From the NCBI GenBank assembly GCA_963751435.1, contig CAVVUP010000026.1, positions 15,604 to 79,603 of the forward strand: DNA of 64,000 nt. Reading direction: 5' to 3'. This DNA is from an uncultured Verrucomicrobiae bacterium (GTDB lineage Bacteria > Verrucomicrobiota > Verrucomicrobiia > Limisphaerales > DSYF01). Made by a program: the position numbers and the translations under genes. The number at the start of each line of letters is the position of its first letter. The first letter of the stretch is position 1. The notes beneath the pieces were generated by a model. The model saw only the letters and a program-made list of their open reading frames with translations. It was not told where the DNA came from and did no database searches. Shown piece after piece: positions 56,841 to 64,000 of the stretch.

Positions 56841-57110
56841 ATGGACGACATCGCCGCACTGAAGACGCGCATCAAGGAATTGATGGTCGAGAATCTCATG
56901 CTGCAGTTCCCGGCCACCGAGATTGCGGATGACCAGGCATTGTTCGGCCCGGATAGCCTGGGCCTGGATTCAGTGGACGCCCTGCAACTGGTCGTAGCCC
57001 TGGACAAGAACTTCGGTCTCAAGGTGCCCAATCCGGAAGCCGCCCGACAGGTGCTCGCGTCCGTCAACGCGATGGCGGAAGCTGTCCGACAGAAACAGGC
57101 CGGAGGTTGA
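56841..57110 (+). CDS. acyl carrier protein (phosphopantetheine-binding, aryl-polyene/secondary-lipid type)
   Basis: 89 aa. ..DQALFGPDSLGLDSVDALQLVVALDKNFGLKV.. contains the G-L-D-S attachment motif. The stop overlaps the halogenase ORF. Confidence 0.85.
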   Translation: MDDIAALKTRIKELMVENLMLQFPATEIADDQALFGPDSLGLDSVDALQLVVALDKNFGLKVPNPEAARQVLASVNAMAEAVRQKQAGG

Positions 57111-57130
57111 GCACACCTTTCACACGGACC

Positions 57131-58387
57131 ATGAGCCAGCCCGAATACGACGCGATCATTATCGGGGGCGGACCGGGCGGCAGCGCGGCCGCCACATATC
57201 TGGCCCGCGCTGGACGCAAGGTCCTCGTCCTGGAGAAGACCCGCTTTCCCCGGTTTCACATCGGTGAATCACTCCTCCCCTATAACCGCGAGCTGTTCGA
57301 AGAAATGGGCGTTCTGCCAACCCTCGAACAAGCCGGTTTTCCGCAAAAACACGGGGCCCAGTTCCACTTGGGCAACTCCAGCGTCCACCTGAAGCTCAAG
57401 TTCCAGAACGGCGCGTTCACCCGGCACACCACTGCTTTTCAGGTCGACCGCGCCACCTTCGACCAAATCCTGCTCCAGCATGCCGCCAAGTGCGGCGCCA
57501 CCGTCCGGGAAGGCTGGACTGTAACGAACTTCGAAGCCAATACGGACACCGTTCGGCTGGAGGCGCGCAACAATGACCCGCAACTGCAGTCCTTTACAGG
57601 ACGTTACCTGCTCGATTGCAGCGGCCGCGCCAACCTCACGGGCAACCAGGAGAAACTCCGCGTCCCACACCAGGCGCTGCGCAAGGTGGCGGTGTTCGGC
57701 CATTTCGACAGCGTGAAACTGGACGAAGGCACGGCGTCCGGCGACACCGTGATCGTCCGTCTCGAGAACAAGTGGTTCTGGATCATCCCCACCGGCCCGC
57801 AACGCATCAGCGTGGGCCTGGTGATCGATCAGGAGGAGTTCGCCCGCAGCCATCAATCCCCGGCCGCCGTCTTTGATCAGGTGGTCCAATCCAGCAGCGA
57901 AATGCGCGAGCGAATGCAGTCCGCTCGACTCCTCACGTCCATCCAGGTGACCACTGACTTCTCGTATTACAACCGGCGGCTGGTCGGACCGCGATTGATC
58001 CGGGTGGGGGACGCCGCCGGGTTCATGGATCCCATCTTCTCGGCCGGCGTCTATCTGGCCATGTATTCCGGACGGCTGGCAGCCCGGACGGTCATGGAAT
58101 GCCTGTCATCCGAGAGGACTGCCGCGAAACATCTGGCGCGGTATGAAAAGCGGATTTTCGCTGCGTTGCGCTACTACTGGGACCTGTCGCTGGGCTTCTA
58201 CAACCCATCCTTCCTCGAACTGTTCATGCAACCTCGGGAAGTGGCGCGCGTGCGCGATGCGATCGTGGCCATGCTGGCCGGGGAACTCGAAGGCGGCTGG
58301 AAACTGCGCTGGCGACGCGCCTTCTTTTTCCTGCTCGTCCACCTGCAACGCCACCGGGCGATGGTTCCAAGACTTTCTTTCGAGTGA
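57131..58387 (+). CDS. flavin-dependent halogenase family protein
   Basis: YDAIIIGGGPGGSAAA (GxGxxG), PRFHIGESLLP, a Lys in FPQKHGAQF around residue 73 (the position of the catalytic Lys in CndH/PltA-type enzymes), KWFWIIP (an exact WxWxIP) and GDAAGFMDPIFSAGV (FxxPxxSxG). ATG at 57131, with an in-frame TTG at 57107. Confidence 0.8.
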   Translation: MSQPEYDAIIIGGGPGGSAAATYLARAGRKVLVLEKTRFPRFHIGESLLPYNRELFEEMGVLPTLEQAGFPQKHGAQFHLGNSSVHLKLKFQNGAFTRHTTAFQVDRATFDQILLQHAAKCGATVREGWTVTNFEANTDTVRLEARNNDPQLQSFTGRYLLDCSGRANLTGNQEKLRVPHQALRKVAVFGHFDSVKLDEGTASGDTVIVRLENKWFWIIPTGPQRISVGLVIDQEEFARSHQSPAAVFDQVVQSSSEMRERMQSARLLTSIQVTTDFSYYNRRLVGPRLIRVGDAAGFMDPIFSAGVYLAMYSGRLAARTVMECLSSERTAAKHLARYEKRIFAALRYYWDLSLGFYNPSFLELFMQPREVARVRDAIVAMLAGELEGGWKLRWRRAFFFLLVHLQRHRAMVPRLSFE

Positions 58388-58632
58388 CACTCAGGCCGAT
58401 GGCTGCGCTTTGTCTGGAGGTTGTCTGGAGATGAACCGGATCGAGCATGGCGCCTTTCCTGGAGTGTGGCGGCTCGGCGCCGATTTTCAACCAACTCCCC
58501 CATTTGGAGGCACGTCGGAACAACCCGCCGCATTGAAAAGCACAGACAAGTCGGCGCACTCCAAAGGGCGCCCGGCACCGCCAACCCGATCCCGATCATT
58601 GCCCCGCCACCCACCCCGCTTTGATGTCCGGC

Positions 58633-58666
58633 GTTCGATGCTGGATGTTCGATATTCGGTATTCAC
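58633..58666. repeat. GTTCGAT-type short tandem repeats upstream of the LplA-like gene
   Basis: GTTCGATGctggatGTTCGATATTCGGTATTCAC. Confidence 0.6.
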
Positions 58667-58679
58667 TGTTGCTGGTTGA

Positions 58680-59594
58680 ATGTCCAACCACCTCCCAACC
58701 CTCGATCTGACCCTGCCGTCCCCTGCGGAGAACCTCGCCTTGGACGAGGCACTGCTCCTGGATGCGGAAGCCGGCCAGGGACCGGAAGTGCTCCGGTTCT
58801 GGATGTCCCCCACCCCATTCGTCGTGGTGGGGCTCGGGGGGAAAGTCCGGGAGGAGGTTCAAGAGGCGGCCTGCGAGGCCCGACACATCCCCGTGCTGCG
58901 CCGCTGCAGTGGCGGCGGGACGGTGGTTCAAGGACGCGGCTGCCTGAATTACGCGTTGATCCTGCAGGTGGTGCCGAATGGACCGCTAAGCACCATCCAG
59001 GGAGCCAATCGCTTCATCATGGAGCGGAACGCCGCGGCGCTTTCCGGTCTCCTCAACCGCCCTCTCACCACGCAGGGCCATACCGACCTGACGCTGGACG
59101 GACTCAAAATCTCGGGCAATGCGCAGCGCCGCCTACGCCATTACATCCTATTCCACGGCACGTTCCTTCTGAATTTCGACCTGTCCCTTATCCGCGAGTT
59201 GCTCCCCACACCGGCGCTCCAGCCGACCTATCGGAAAAACCGGTCCCACGAGGACTTTCTCGCAAACCTGGGAGTCACGGACGAAGAGGTCAAACGGGCG
59301 CTGCGAGCAGCATGGGAAGTCTCCACGCTTCCCGAAACGAGCCTTGGGACCAGAAACTGCGGGGTAGCGCAGGCCTTCCCGCCTCCGGGTTCGGGCGACT
59401 TTCCATTGGCCAGTCCCAAGTCCGGAGGCTGCACGGGACTGGGAAGTCCCTTGAAGCCGCAGACGGAAATCTCTGCGCTCCAGCCCCCCGGTTCCTGTGA
59501 AGCCGGGGACAAAGCACCTCAGGTCCCCTTCCAGCGTGTGCGTGAACTGGTGGAACAACGCTACAGCCGACAGGACTGGAACCATCGTCGATAA
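58680..59594 (+). CDS. lipoate/octanoate-protein ligase family protein (BPL/LplA/LipB catalytic domain) carrying an in-frame repeat-derived insertion near the C-terminus
   Basis: ENLALDEALL..VLRFWMSPTPFVVVGLGG..IPVLRRCSGGGTVVQGRGCLNYALI..DLTLDGLKISGNAQRR (ligase Lys motif)..ILFHGTFLLNFD. Residues around 229-267 are encoded by repeat copy 3. Confidence 0.8.
   Translation: MSNHLPTLDLTLPSPAENLALDEALLLDAEAGQGPEVLRFWMSPTPFVVVGLGGKVREEVQEAACEARHIPVLRRCSGGGTVVQGRGCLNYALILQVVPNGPLSTIQGANRFIMERNAAALSGLLNRPLTTQGHTDLTLDGLKISGNAQRRLRHYILFHGTFLLNFDLSLIRELLPTPALQPTYRKNRSHEDFLANLGVTDEEVKRALRAAWEVSTLPETSLGTRNCGVAQAFPPPGSGDFPLASPKSGGCTGLGSPLKPQTEISALQPPGSCEAGDKAPQVPFQRVRELVEQRYSRQDWNHRR
59364..59480 (-). repeat. 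interspersed repeat of about 110 nt, copy 3, inverted and inside the LplA-like CDS
   Basis: The reverse complement reads GCAGAGATTTCCGTCTGCGGCTTC / AAGGGACTTCCCAGTCCCGTG / GGAAAGTCGCCCG / GGAGGCGGGAAGGCCTGCGCTAC, colinear with copies 1 and 2. Confidence 0.7.
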
Positions 59595-59630
59595 AAAAAG
59601 CGCGGGACAACCCTTCGGCTGTCCCGCGCT
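59593..59630 (-). terminator. rho-independent terminator of the RNA-binding-protein gene (the hairpin may also act on the plus-strand LplA-like gene)
   Basis: A 10-bp GC stem GCGCGGGACA..TGTCCCGCGC with a 10-nt loop. On the minus strand it is followed by TTTTTTT (A7 at 59593-59599). Confidence 0.75.
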
Positions 59631-59647
59631 GCGGAAATTTGGTCGAA

Positions 59648-59995
59648 TCAGTAGCGTTCGCGCCGACCACCACCGCCGCCGCCGCTGTATTCGCGACGAG
59701 GACCACGTCCACCGCCGCCGCCGCCGCCGCCACCACCAGAGCGCTCTTCGCGCGGACGGGCGATGTTGACGGTGATGGCACGCCCGCCGATTTGAGCGCC
59801 GTTCAGGGCATCAATGGCCTTCTGGGCCTCCTCGGGGGTGCTCATGGTCACGAAGCCGAACCCGCGCGGGCGACCGGTCATCCGGTCCACCATGAGGTTC
59901 GCTTCCATGACGGTGCCGTGCGCCGCAAAGGCGTCGTGCAGCTCATTTTCTGTGGTCTGGAACGAGAGGTTCCCTACAAACAACTTGTTGTTCAT
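59648..59995 (-). CDS. RRM-type glycine-rich RNA-binding protein
   Basis: [16 protein letters not shown] (RNP2), RGFGFVTM (RNP1) and an RGG/Gly-rich tail. ATG at 59995. Confidence 0.92.
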   Translation of the reverse strand: MNNKLFVGNLSFQTTENELHDAFAAHGTVMEANLMVDRMTGRPRGFGFVTMSTPEEAQKAIDALNGAQIGGRAITVNIARPREERSGGGGGGGGGGRGPRREYSGGGGGGRRERY

Positions 59996-60627
59996 TCTAT
60001 CGATGATTTGCCTTCGAACACTGACTCTCACTCCAACCTGTTCCCGACCGCCGGGTTTCAAATCATCATTGAACGGGGTTCAACTGAGGATCCACCAGAA
60101 CTTGGAAGTAGTTTGCAGTTATCTATTAGGCGCCGCAACTTTAACCTCCAACACGACAAATGCAAGCACCAATTTTTAAGATTTTGATCGCCCCCCGACA
60201 GCACCAATTTCTGCCCGACTTTTGGGGCGTGTGATTAAACGGGAGGCTGTGACTGCGCGAAACGCCGATCTGGTTGGGCGGAAGCGTTCGTTGCTTGAGG
60301 GCATCCGAACGTCCGGGACCTTCCTGCTCTGCGAATGCTTCAGCCGGATGAATCCAGCCTTCCGGGCTGCGGACGCAGCGTCACCACCCCTTGCCCTGAC
60401 CCGGTTTCAACCACCCGCCGGGGCGCATCCCGCACAAACATGCGGTTTACTGCACAGTGGCCTGCGGTATGATGACCAAAATCTCCGGTCAGGCGTGTGA
60501 AGAATGACCTTCCGTCTAGAACGATTGGGAGACAGGGGAGCAGGAATGACGCATGAAGTTCAAGATGCGTTCACATCAAGGCCGGAGGGTAACTGCAAAC
60601 CAATAAGCTATTTGTAATGAGTTACTT

Positions 60628-61428
60628 ATGAAAGCGAAGTATCCGGTAGTTTTGATGTTGGGATTCTCGATTTTCTCGATGTCAACCAGTCAGGCGGCAC
60701 TTTTTGCCTACGACGACGCCAGCAGTTCCGTTTACAACGACGGTTGGGCCAGTGGTGACAACGGGGGATATGGGTTCAGCGCATGGACCTTGGACGGCGG
60801 CGGCAGCGGTTACTATGGAAATTTCACCGGCGACTCCAGAAACCTCACGGACTCCTTGAGTGGGGCAAACATCAACGTCGCAGGTGAATCCTTCGGCATG
60901 TACGGCAACTCCGGAACCGCCTATGCGGGTGCCACCCGCAACTTCACAGGTGGGGAACTGTCGGCTGGGCAGCAATTCAGCTTTGTGATCGGGGTGAACT
61001 ACAGGAACGGGAACAAGGGGTTTGATCTGCGCAACAGTTCCGGCACAACCCTCTGGAATTTCAACGTGGGCGGCGACGCTTACAAGGTCAATGGGACCTC
61101 GGTCTTCGGGAATTCCTACGATGCGAACAGCGCATTCAGCTTCTTGTTCACGCAGAATGGCAGCATGCTGGACTGGACGATCACCCGGTCCGGCGGACTT
61201 ACCGGGACCGAGTCCGGCACCTCGAGCATCGCCGCTGGAAACATCGCCGGTGTCCGATTCTACGTATCGGGAACAGATGGGGGGAACGAAAACGACTTCT
61301 ACTTCAACTCGCTTTCCGTGGTCCCTGAACCCACCCACATCGCGCTGGGGGTCTTCGGCGGGGTGATGGCCTTGGGCGGATTGTTCAAGAACGGCAAAGT
61401 AAGGGGATTGCTGGCTCGGCGTGGCTGA
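60628..61428 (+). CDS. PEP-CTERM sorting-domain secreted protein
   Basis: Signal peptide (VVLMLGFSIFSMSTSQA), a Gly/Ser/Asn-rich body, and a C-terminal VPEPTHIALGVFGGVMALGGLF..RRG (PEP motif, TM, basic tail). Confidence 0.88.
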   Translation: MKAKYPVVLMLGFSIFSMSTSQAALFAYDDASSSVYNDGWASGDNGGYGFSAWTLDGGGSGYYGNFTGDSRNLTDSLSGANINVAGESFGMYGNSGTAYAGATRNFTGGELSAGQQFSFVIGVNYRNGNKGFDLRNSSGTTLWNFNVGGDAYKVNGTSVFGNSYDANSAFSFLFTQNGSMLDWTITRSGGLTGTESGTSSIAAGNIAGVRFYVSGTDGGNENDFYFNSLSVVPEPTHIALGVFGGVMALGGLFKNGKVRGLLARRG

Positions 61429-61624
61429 AACTGCCACCGAAACCATCTCTCAATGCTGTCCGATGTGGGAAGCCGTTGAGCAAGGTATGGTGACTGCGAC
61501 AGCCTTTACGGAGCCTGCTCAAGCGGTGGGCTTCACGATTTCATCCGAAACTTCCTGGACCGCCTTCGCCCTGATTCTGTTTCTGGTTAATGATCTAACC
61601 CCGGTAGTTGAGAAACCACGAAAC

Positions 61625-61660
61625 AGGGAGACTGAATGCGATTCAGTCTCCCTTTGAAAT
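61625..61660. terminator. candidate bidirectional terminator hairpin between convergent genes
   Basis: GGGAGACTGAA tgcga TTCAGTCTCCC (11-bp stem) followed by TTTGAAATTT on the plus strand and TGTTTCGTGGTTTC on the minus strand. Confidence 0.55.
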
Positions 61661-61681
61661 TTCGGCCTGGATTACAGTGCG

Positions 61682-62461
61682 TTACGGCGCGGTGTAGTCG
61701 CGTCCGCCCGGCGGCACATTGGTGGATGTGACAGGGCCGGAGTTGCCAGGCGTGCCCCCCAGCGGCTGGTAGGGCGGCCCGACGGTAAAGCCGCGCACAG
61801 GAACGCTGCCGGCGGCCGCCACCGTTATTGGAGCTGGAGTCGTCCCCCCACTCTGCGCTGACAGCCGGGAGGCATCATCCAAAACCGCCGACACGTTGCG
61901 ATCCGCTGGTCCTGCGGCCTGCGCCTGAAGAATGTAAGGCTTCTGGCCGGGGATCGCAGAACCCACCGAATCAAGAATCTGCGCCCGTTGCTGCGGGGCG
62001 AGTTCTGCGGCCAAGGAAGCTACCAGGCGGTAACTGCCCGGGTTGCGAACACAGACGGCATAAACAATCGCACCCGCCTGATCTGGGGCGGACCCCACAG
62101 CGGCACGGACAATTGTGCTCGTCTGCTTTGGCTGTTGCCCCACCGCGGTGGCCGCCGCAAGTGCCGCCACGGCAGGACGCGCCTTGGAAATCGCTCCGAC
62201 CACAGCCGGAATGGCCACGGAATTCACTTTGGCACAGGCAGTTACGACATCGACAGTGACTGTCTCGCAGTCCTCAGCCGACGCCTTGGATACCAAGCTG
62301 GCGCACTGCGCCGGCAACTCGGGGGCCTTGACTTGGGAAAGCAGTTCGATGTAGGGATTAGCCCGACCCGTCTCTTCAGCGGCAAATCCAACACTGATAT
62401 TGATCGAAACCAACAACGCCAAGACGGCGGCCAAACTAAAGTACAAACTTGGTTTTTTCAT
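61682..62461 (-). CDS. secreted Ala-rich helical-repeat hypothetical protein
   Basis: The ATG at 62461 gives MKKPSLYFSLAAVLALLVSINISVGFA (signal). Ala/Val-rich repeats follow (VAIPAVVGAISKARPAVAALAAATAV..) and a Pro/Gly-rich C-terminus. Confidence 0.6.
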   Translation of the reverse strand: MKKPSLYFSLAAVLALLVSINISVGFAAEETGRANPYIELLSQVKAPELPAQCASLVSKASAEDCETVTVDVVTACAKVNSVAIPAVVGAISKARPAVAALAAATAVGQQPKQTSTIVRAAVGSAPDQAGAIVYAVCVRNPGSYRLVASLAAELAPQQRAQILDSVGSAIPGQKPYILQAQAAGPADRNVSAVLDDASRLSAQSGGTTPAPITVAAAGSVPVRGFTVGPPYQPLGGTPGNSGPVTSTNVPPGGRDYTAP

Positions 62462-62691
62462 AAACACAGGCCTTGAAATTTTTGGACAAGGCGATACGTA
62501 GCAGAAACTCCCGGAGAGTCAATGTGGATTTCGATGGGAATTCGTGTGAGAGTGTTCCGAAATCAACCCGTGCGTTCTTGCACAGGGTTGGTCTGACTGA
62601 TATAAAGAATGCAACAAGCAAGTAAAAGCCGAGTGTAATGGTTTCATTTAATTGCCACCGGGCCATCGGGGGGCGTGTTGTTTTCAAGTGC

Positions 62692-64000
62692 ATGGCTTGG
62701 GCAACGACGGTCATTTTTTCGATCTTTCCTGTTTGTGCTGACACCTTCACGGTCACCTCGAACGCCGACTGCACCAACTGCCCCGGATCGGGCACATTGC
62801 GCCAGGCGATGATCGAGGCAGGGACCAACGGCGTGCCGGACGTGATCCAGTTCAACATCGGCGGCAGCGGGTCCCAGTCCATCAACCTCCTCTCCGCACT
62901 GCCCCAGATCAATGAACCGCTCACCATTGATGCCACCACACAGCCGGGCTACACCGGCTACCCGTTGATCGAACTCAACGGGACGAACAGTGGAGATAGC
63001 GCCGGGCTGCGGGTCGCAGGCGGGAACTGCGTGATTCGCGGGTTGGTCCTGAACCGGTTTGTCGGCGGGGGCATCCGCCTGCAAACACTGGGAAACAATG
63101 TGGTCGAGGGGTGCTATATCGGGGTTTCAGCCAATGGAACCAGCCTGCTGGCCAACGGCCAATTTGGGGTCTGGATCAGCAGCGGATCGGCGGGTAACCG
63201 CATCGGCGGCACGAACACCGCCCAACGCAACGTGATTTCGGGCAATGCCAAGGCCGGCATCTACATCCAGTCCAGCCCCACCAACACCATCCAGGGCAAC
63301 TATATCGGTCTTTCAGCCGATGGTTTGACTGCCCTGACGAACGGCAACGACGGAATTGTCGTGGACGGATCGTCGGCCGTGACTGTCGGCGGGTCCGGCC
63401 CGGGTCAAGGCAATGTGATCAGCGGCAACAAGGATGCCGGAGTCTATGTGCTGAATAGCACCGCGGGCCGCATCCAAGGGAACCTGATCGGATTGGCGCC
63501 GGGTGGGAGCACCGGGATGAGCAACTGGGCGGACGGAATCCAGATCAAAGGTGGCTCGGGCCACCTGGTCGGCGGCACCAACAGCGGTGAAGGCAATGTC
63601 ATCTCCGGCAACGGCACGGCGGGGGTCTTCCTCTGGGGATGCAGCGGCGTCACAGTCCAGGGCAACCTCGTCGGCTTGAAGAGCAACGGAACCCAGGCGC
63701 TGGGCAACCGCAAGTCCGGCGTAGTCTTGCTGGCCGCTTCGAGCAACCTGATCGGCGGGACAGTCACGGGAGCACGCAATGTGATCAGTGGTAACACCGA
63801 GGACGGAATCTTGCTCACCAACAGCATCGGCAACCGTCTGGAAGGGAATTGGATCGGCTTGGACATCACCGGATCGAGTGCGCTGGCGAACGCCTATAAC
63901 GGCGTCACATTACAGGTGTCCACTAACAACACGGTCGGCGGCACAGCGACGAATGCAGGAAACGTGATCTCCGGAAATATGAACAATGGTGTGTCGCTGG
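62692..64000 (+). CDS. right-handed parallel beta-helix repeat surface protein (CSLREA-type N-terminus), 3' partial at the window end
   Basis: Not in the ORF track because there is no stop in the window. MAWATTVIFSIFPVCADTFTVTSNAD..GSGTLRQAMIEAGTNGVPDVIQFNIGGSGSQSINLLSALPQINEPLTIDATTQPGY, then many G-N-x-I-G / NVISGN repeats of about 22 aa. Confidence 0.8.
   Translation, partial: MAWATTVIFSIFPVCADTFTVTSNADCTNCPGSGTLRQAMIEAGTNGVPDVIQFNIGGSGSQSINLLSALPQINEPLTIDATTQPGYTGYPLIELNGTNSGDSAGLRVAGGNCVIRGLVLNRFVGGGIRLQTLGNNVVEGCYIGVSANGTSLLANGQFGVWISSGSAGNRIGGTNTAQRNVISGNAKAGIYIQSSPTNTIQGNYIGLSADGLTALTNGNDGIVVDGSSAVTVGGSGPGQGNVISGNKDAGVYVLNSTAGRIQGNLIGLAPGGSTGMSNWADGIQIKGGSGHLVGGTNSGEGNVISGNGTAGVFLWGCSGVTVQGNLVGLKSNGTQALGNRKSGVVLLAASSNLIGGTVTGARNVISGNTEDGILLTNSIGNRLEGNWIGLDITGSSALANAYNGVTLQVSTNNTVGGTATNAGNVISGNMNNGVSL

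Noticed and set aside
61421-61657. 78-aa ORF overlapping the PEP-CTERM gene stop and ending in the terminator hairpin. It has one hydrophobic stretch (WTAFALILFLV).
   Set aside because: There is no recognisable motif, it starts with GTG inside the preceding gene, and it contains the terminator stem. It is probably non-coding 3' UTR, and only conservation analysis could rescue it.

Overview
High-GC bacterial chromosome segment. The gene content and repeat content suggest Verrucomicrobiota or a related PVC lineage: a PEP-CTERM protein, TAT-signal Gfo/Idh/MocA oxidoreductase, a sulfatase remnant, a MoxR/Bat operon, and short 'junk' repeats. This lineage call is inference only.

Most of the window is housekeeping:
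- rny, a 5-formyl-THF cyclo-ligase and rarA
- catalase plus an ankyrin protein
- efp, guaB, nadA and ptsH
- nusB, a PHP phosphoesterase, ftsY, ribD and ribE
- a PhoB/PhoR-like two-component pair
- an eight-gene moxR-DUF58-DUF4381-batABCDE operon
- a WbpP-like epimerase, ftsB, lptE and bamD
- three tandem CNNM/CorC genes, and alr

There are two decayed accessory zones:
- About 0.4-11 kb: a multiply frameshifted xylulokinase, an IS remnant, and a degraded integrative element next to tRNA-Gly(UCC) with an integrase N-terminus, a DnaB-like fragment and a sulfatase 3' fragment. It also holds sensor-kinase and RayT-like remnants around a 1141-aa multidomain secreted protein.
- About 46.6-49.4 kb: a dead MazF/antitoxin pair and a sensor N-terminal fragment.

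The most unusual items:
- A translationally coupled ACP plus flavin-dependent halogenase pair. Nearby are a divergent PurD-like ATP-grasp enzyme, alr, an ATE/Bpt-like aminoacyl-tRNA transferase and an LplA-like ligase.
- A roughly 110-nt interspersed repeat family with one copy inside the LplA-like CDS, in frame.
- 7-9-nt tandem-repeat families that also occur inside ribD.

One tRNA was found; no rRNA and no CRISPR. The ORF track uses GTG/TTG starts, so many listed starts were moved to internal ATGs.
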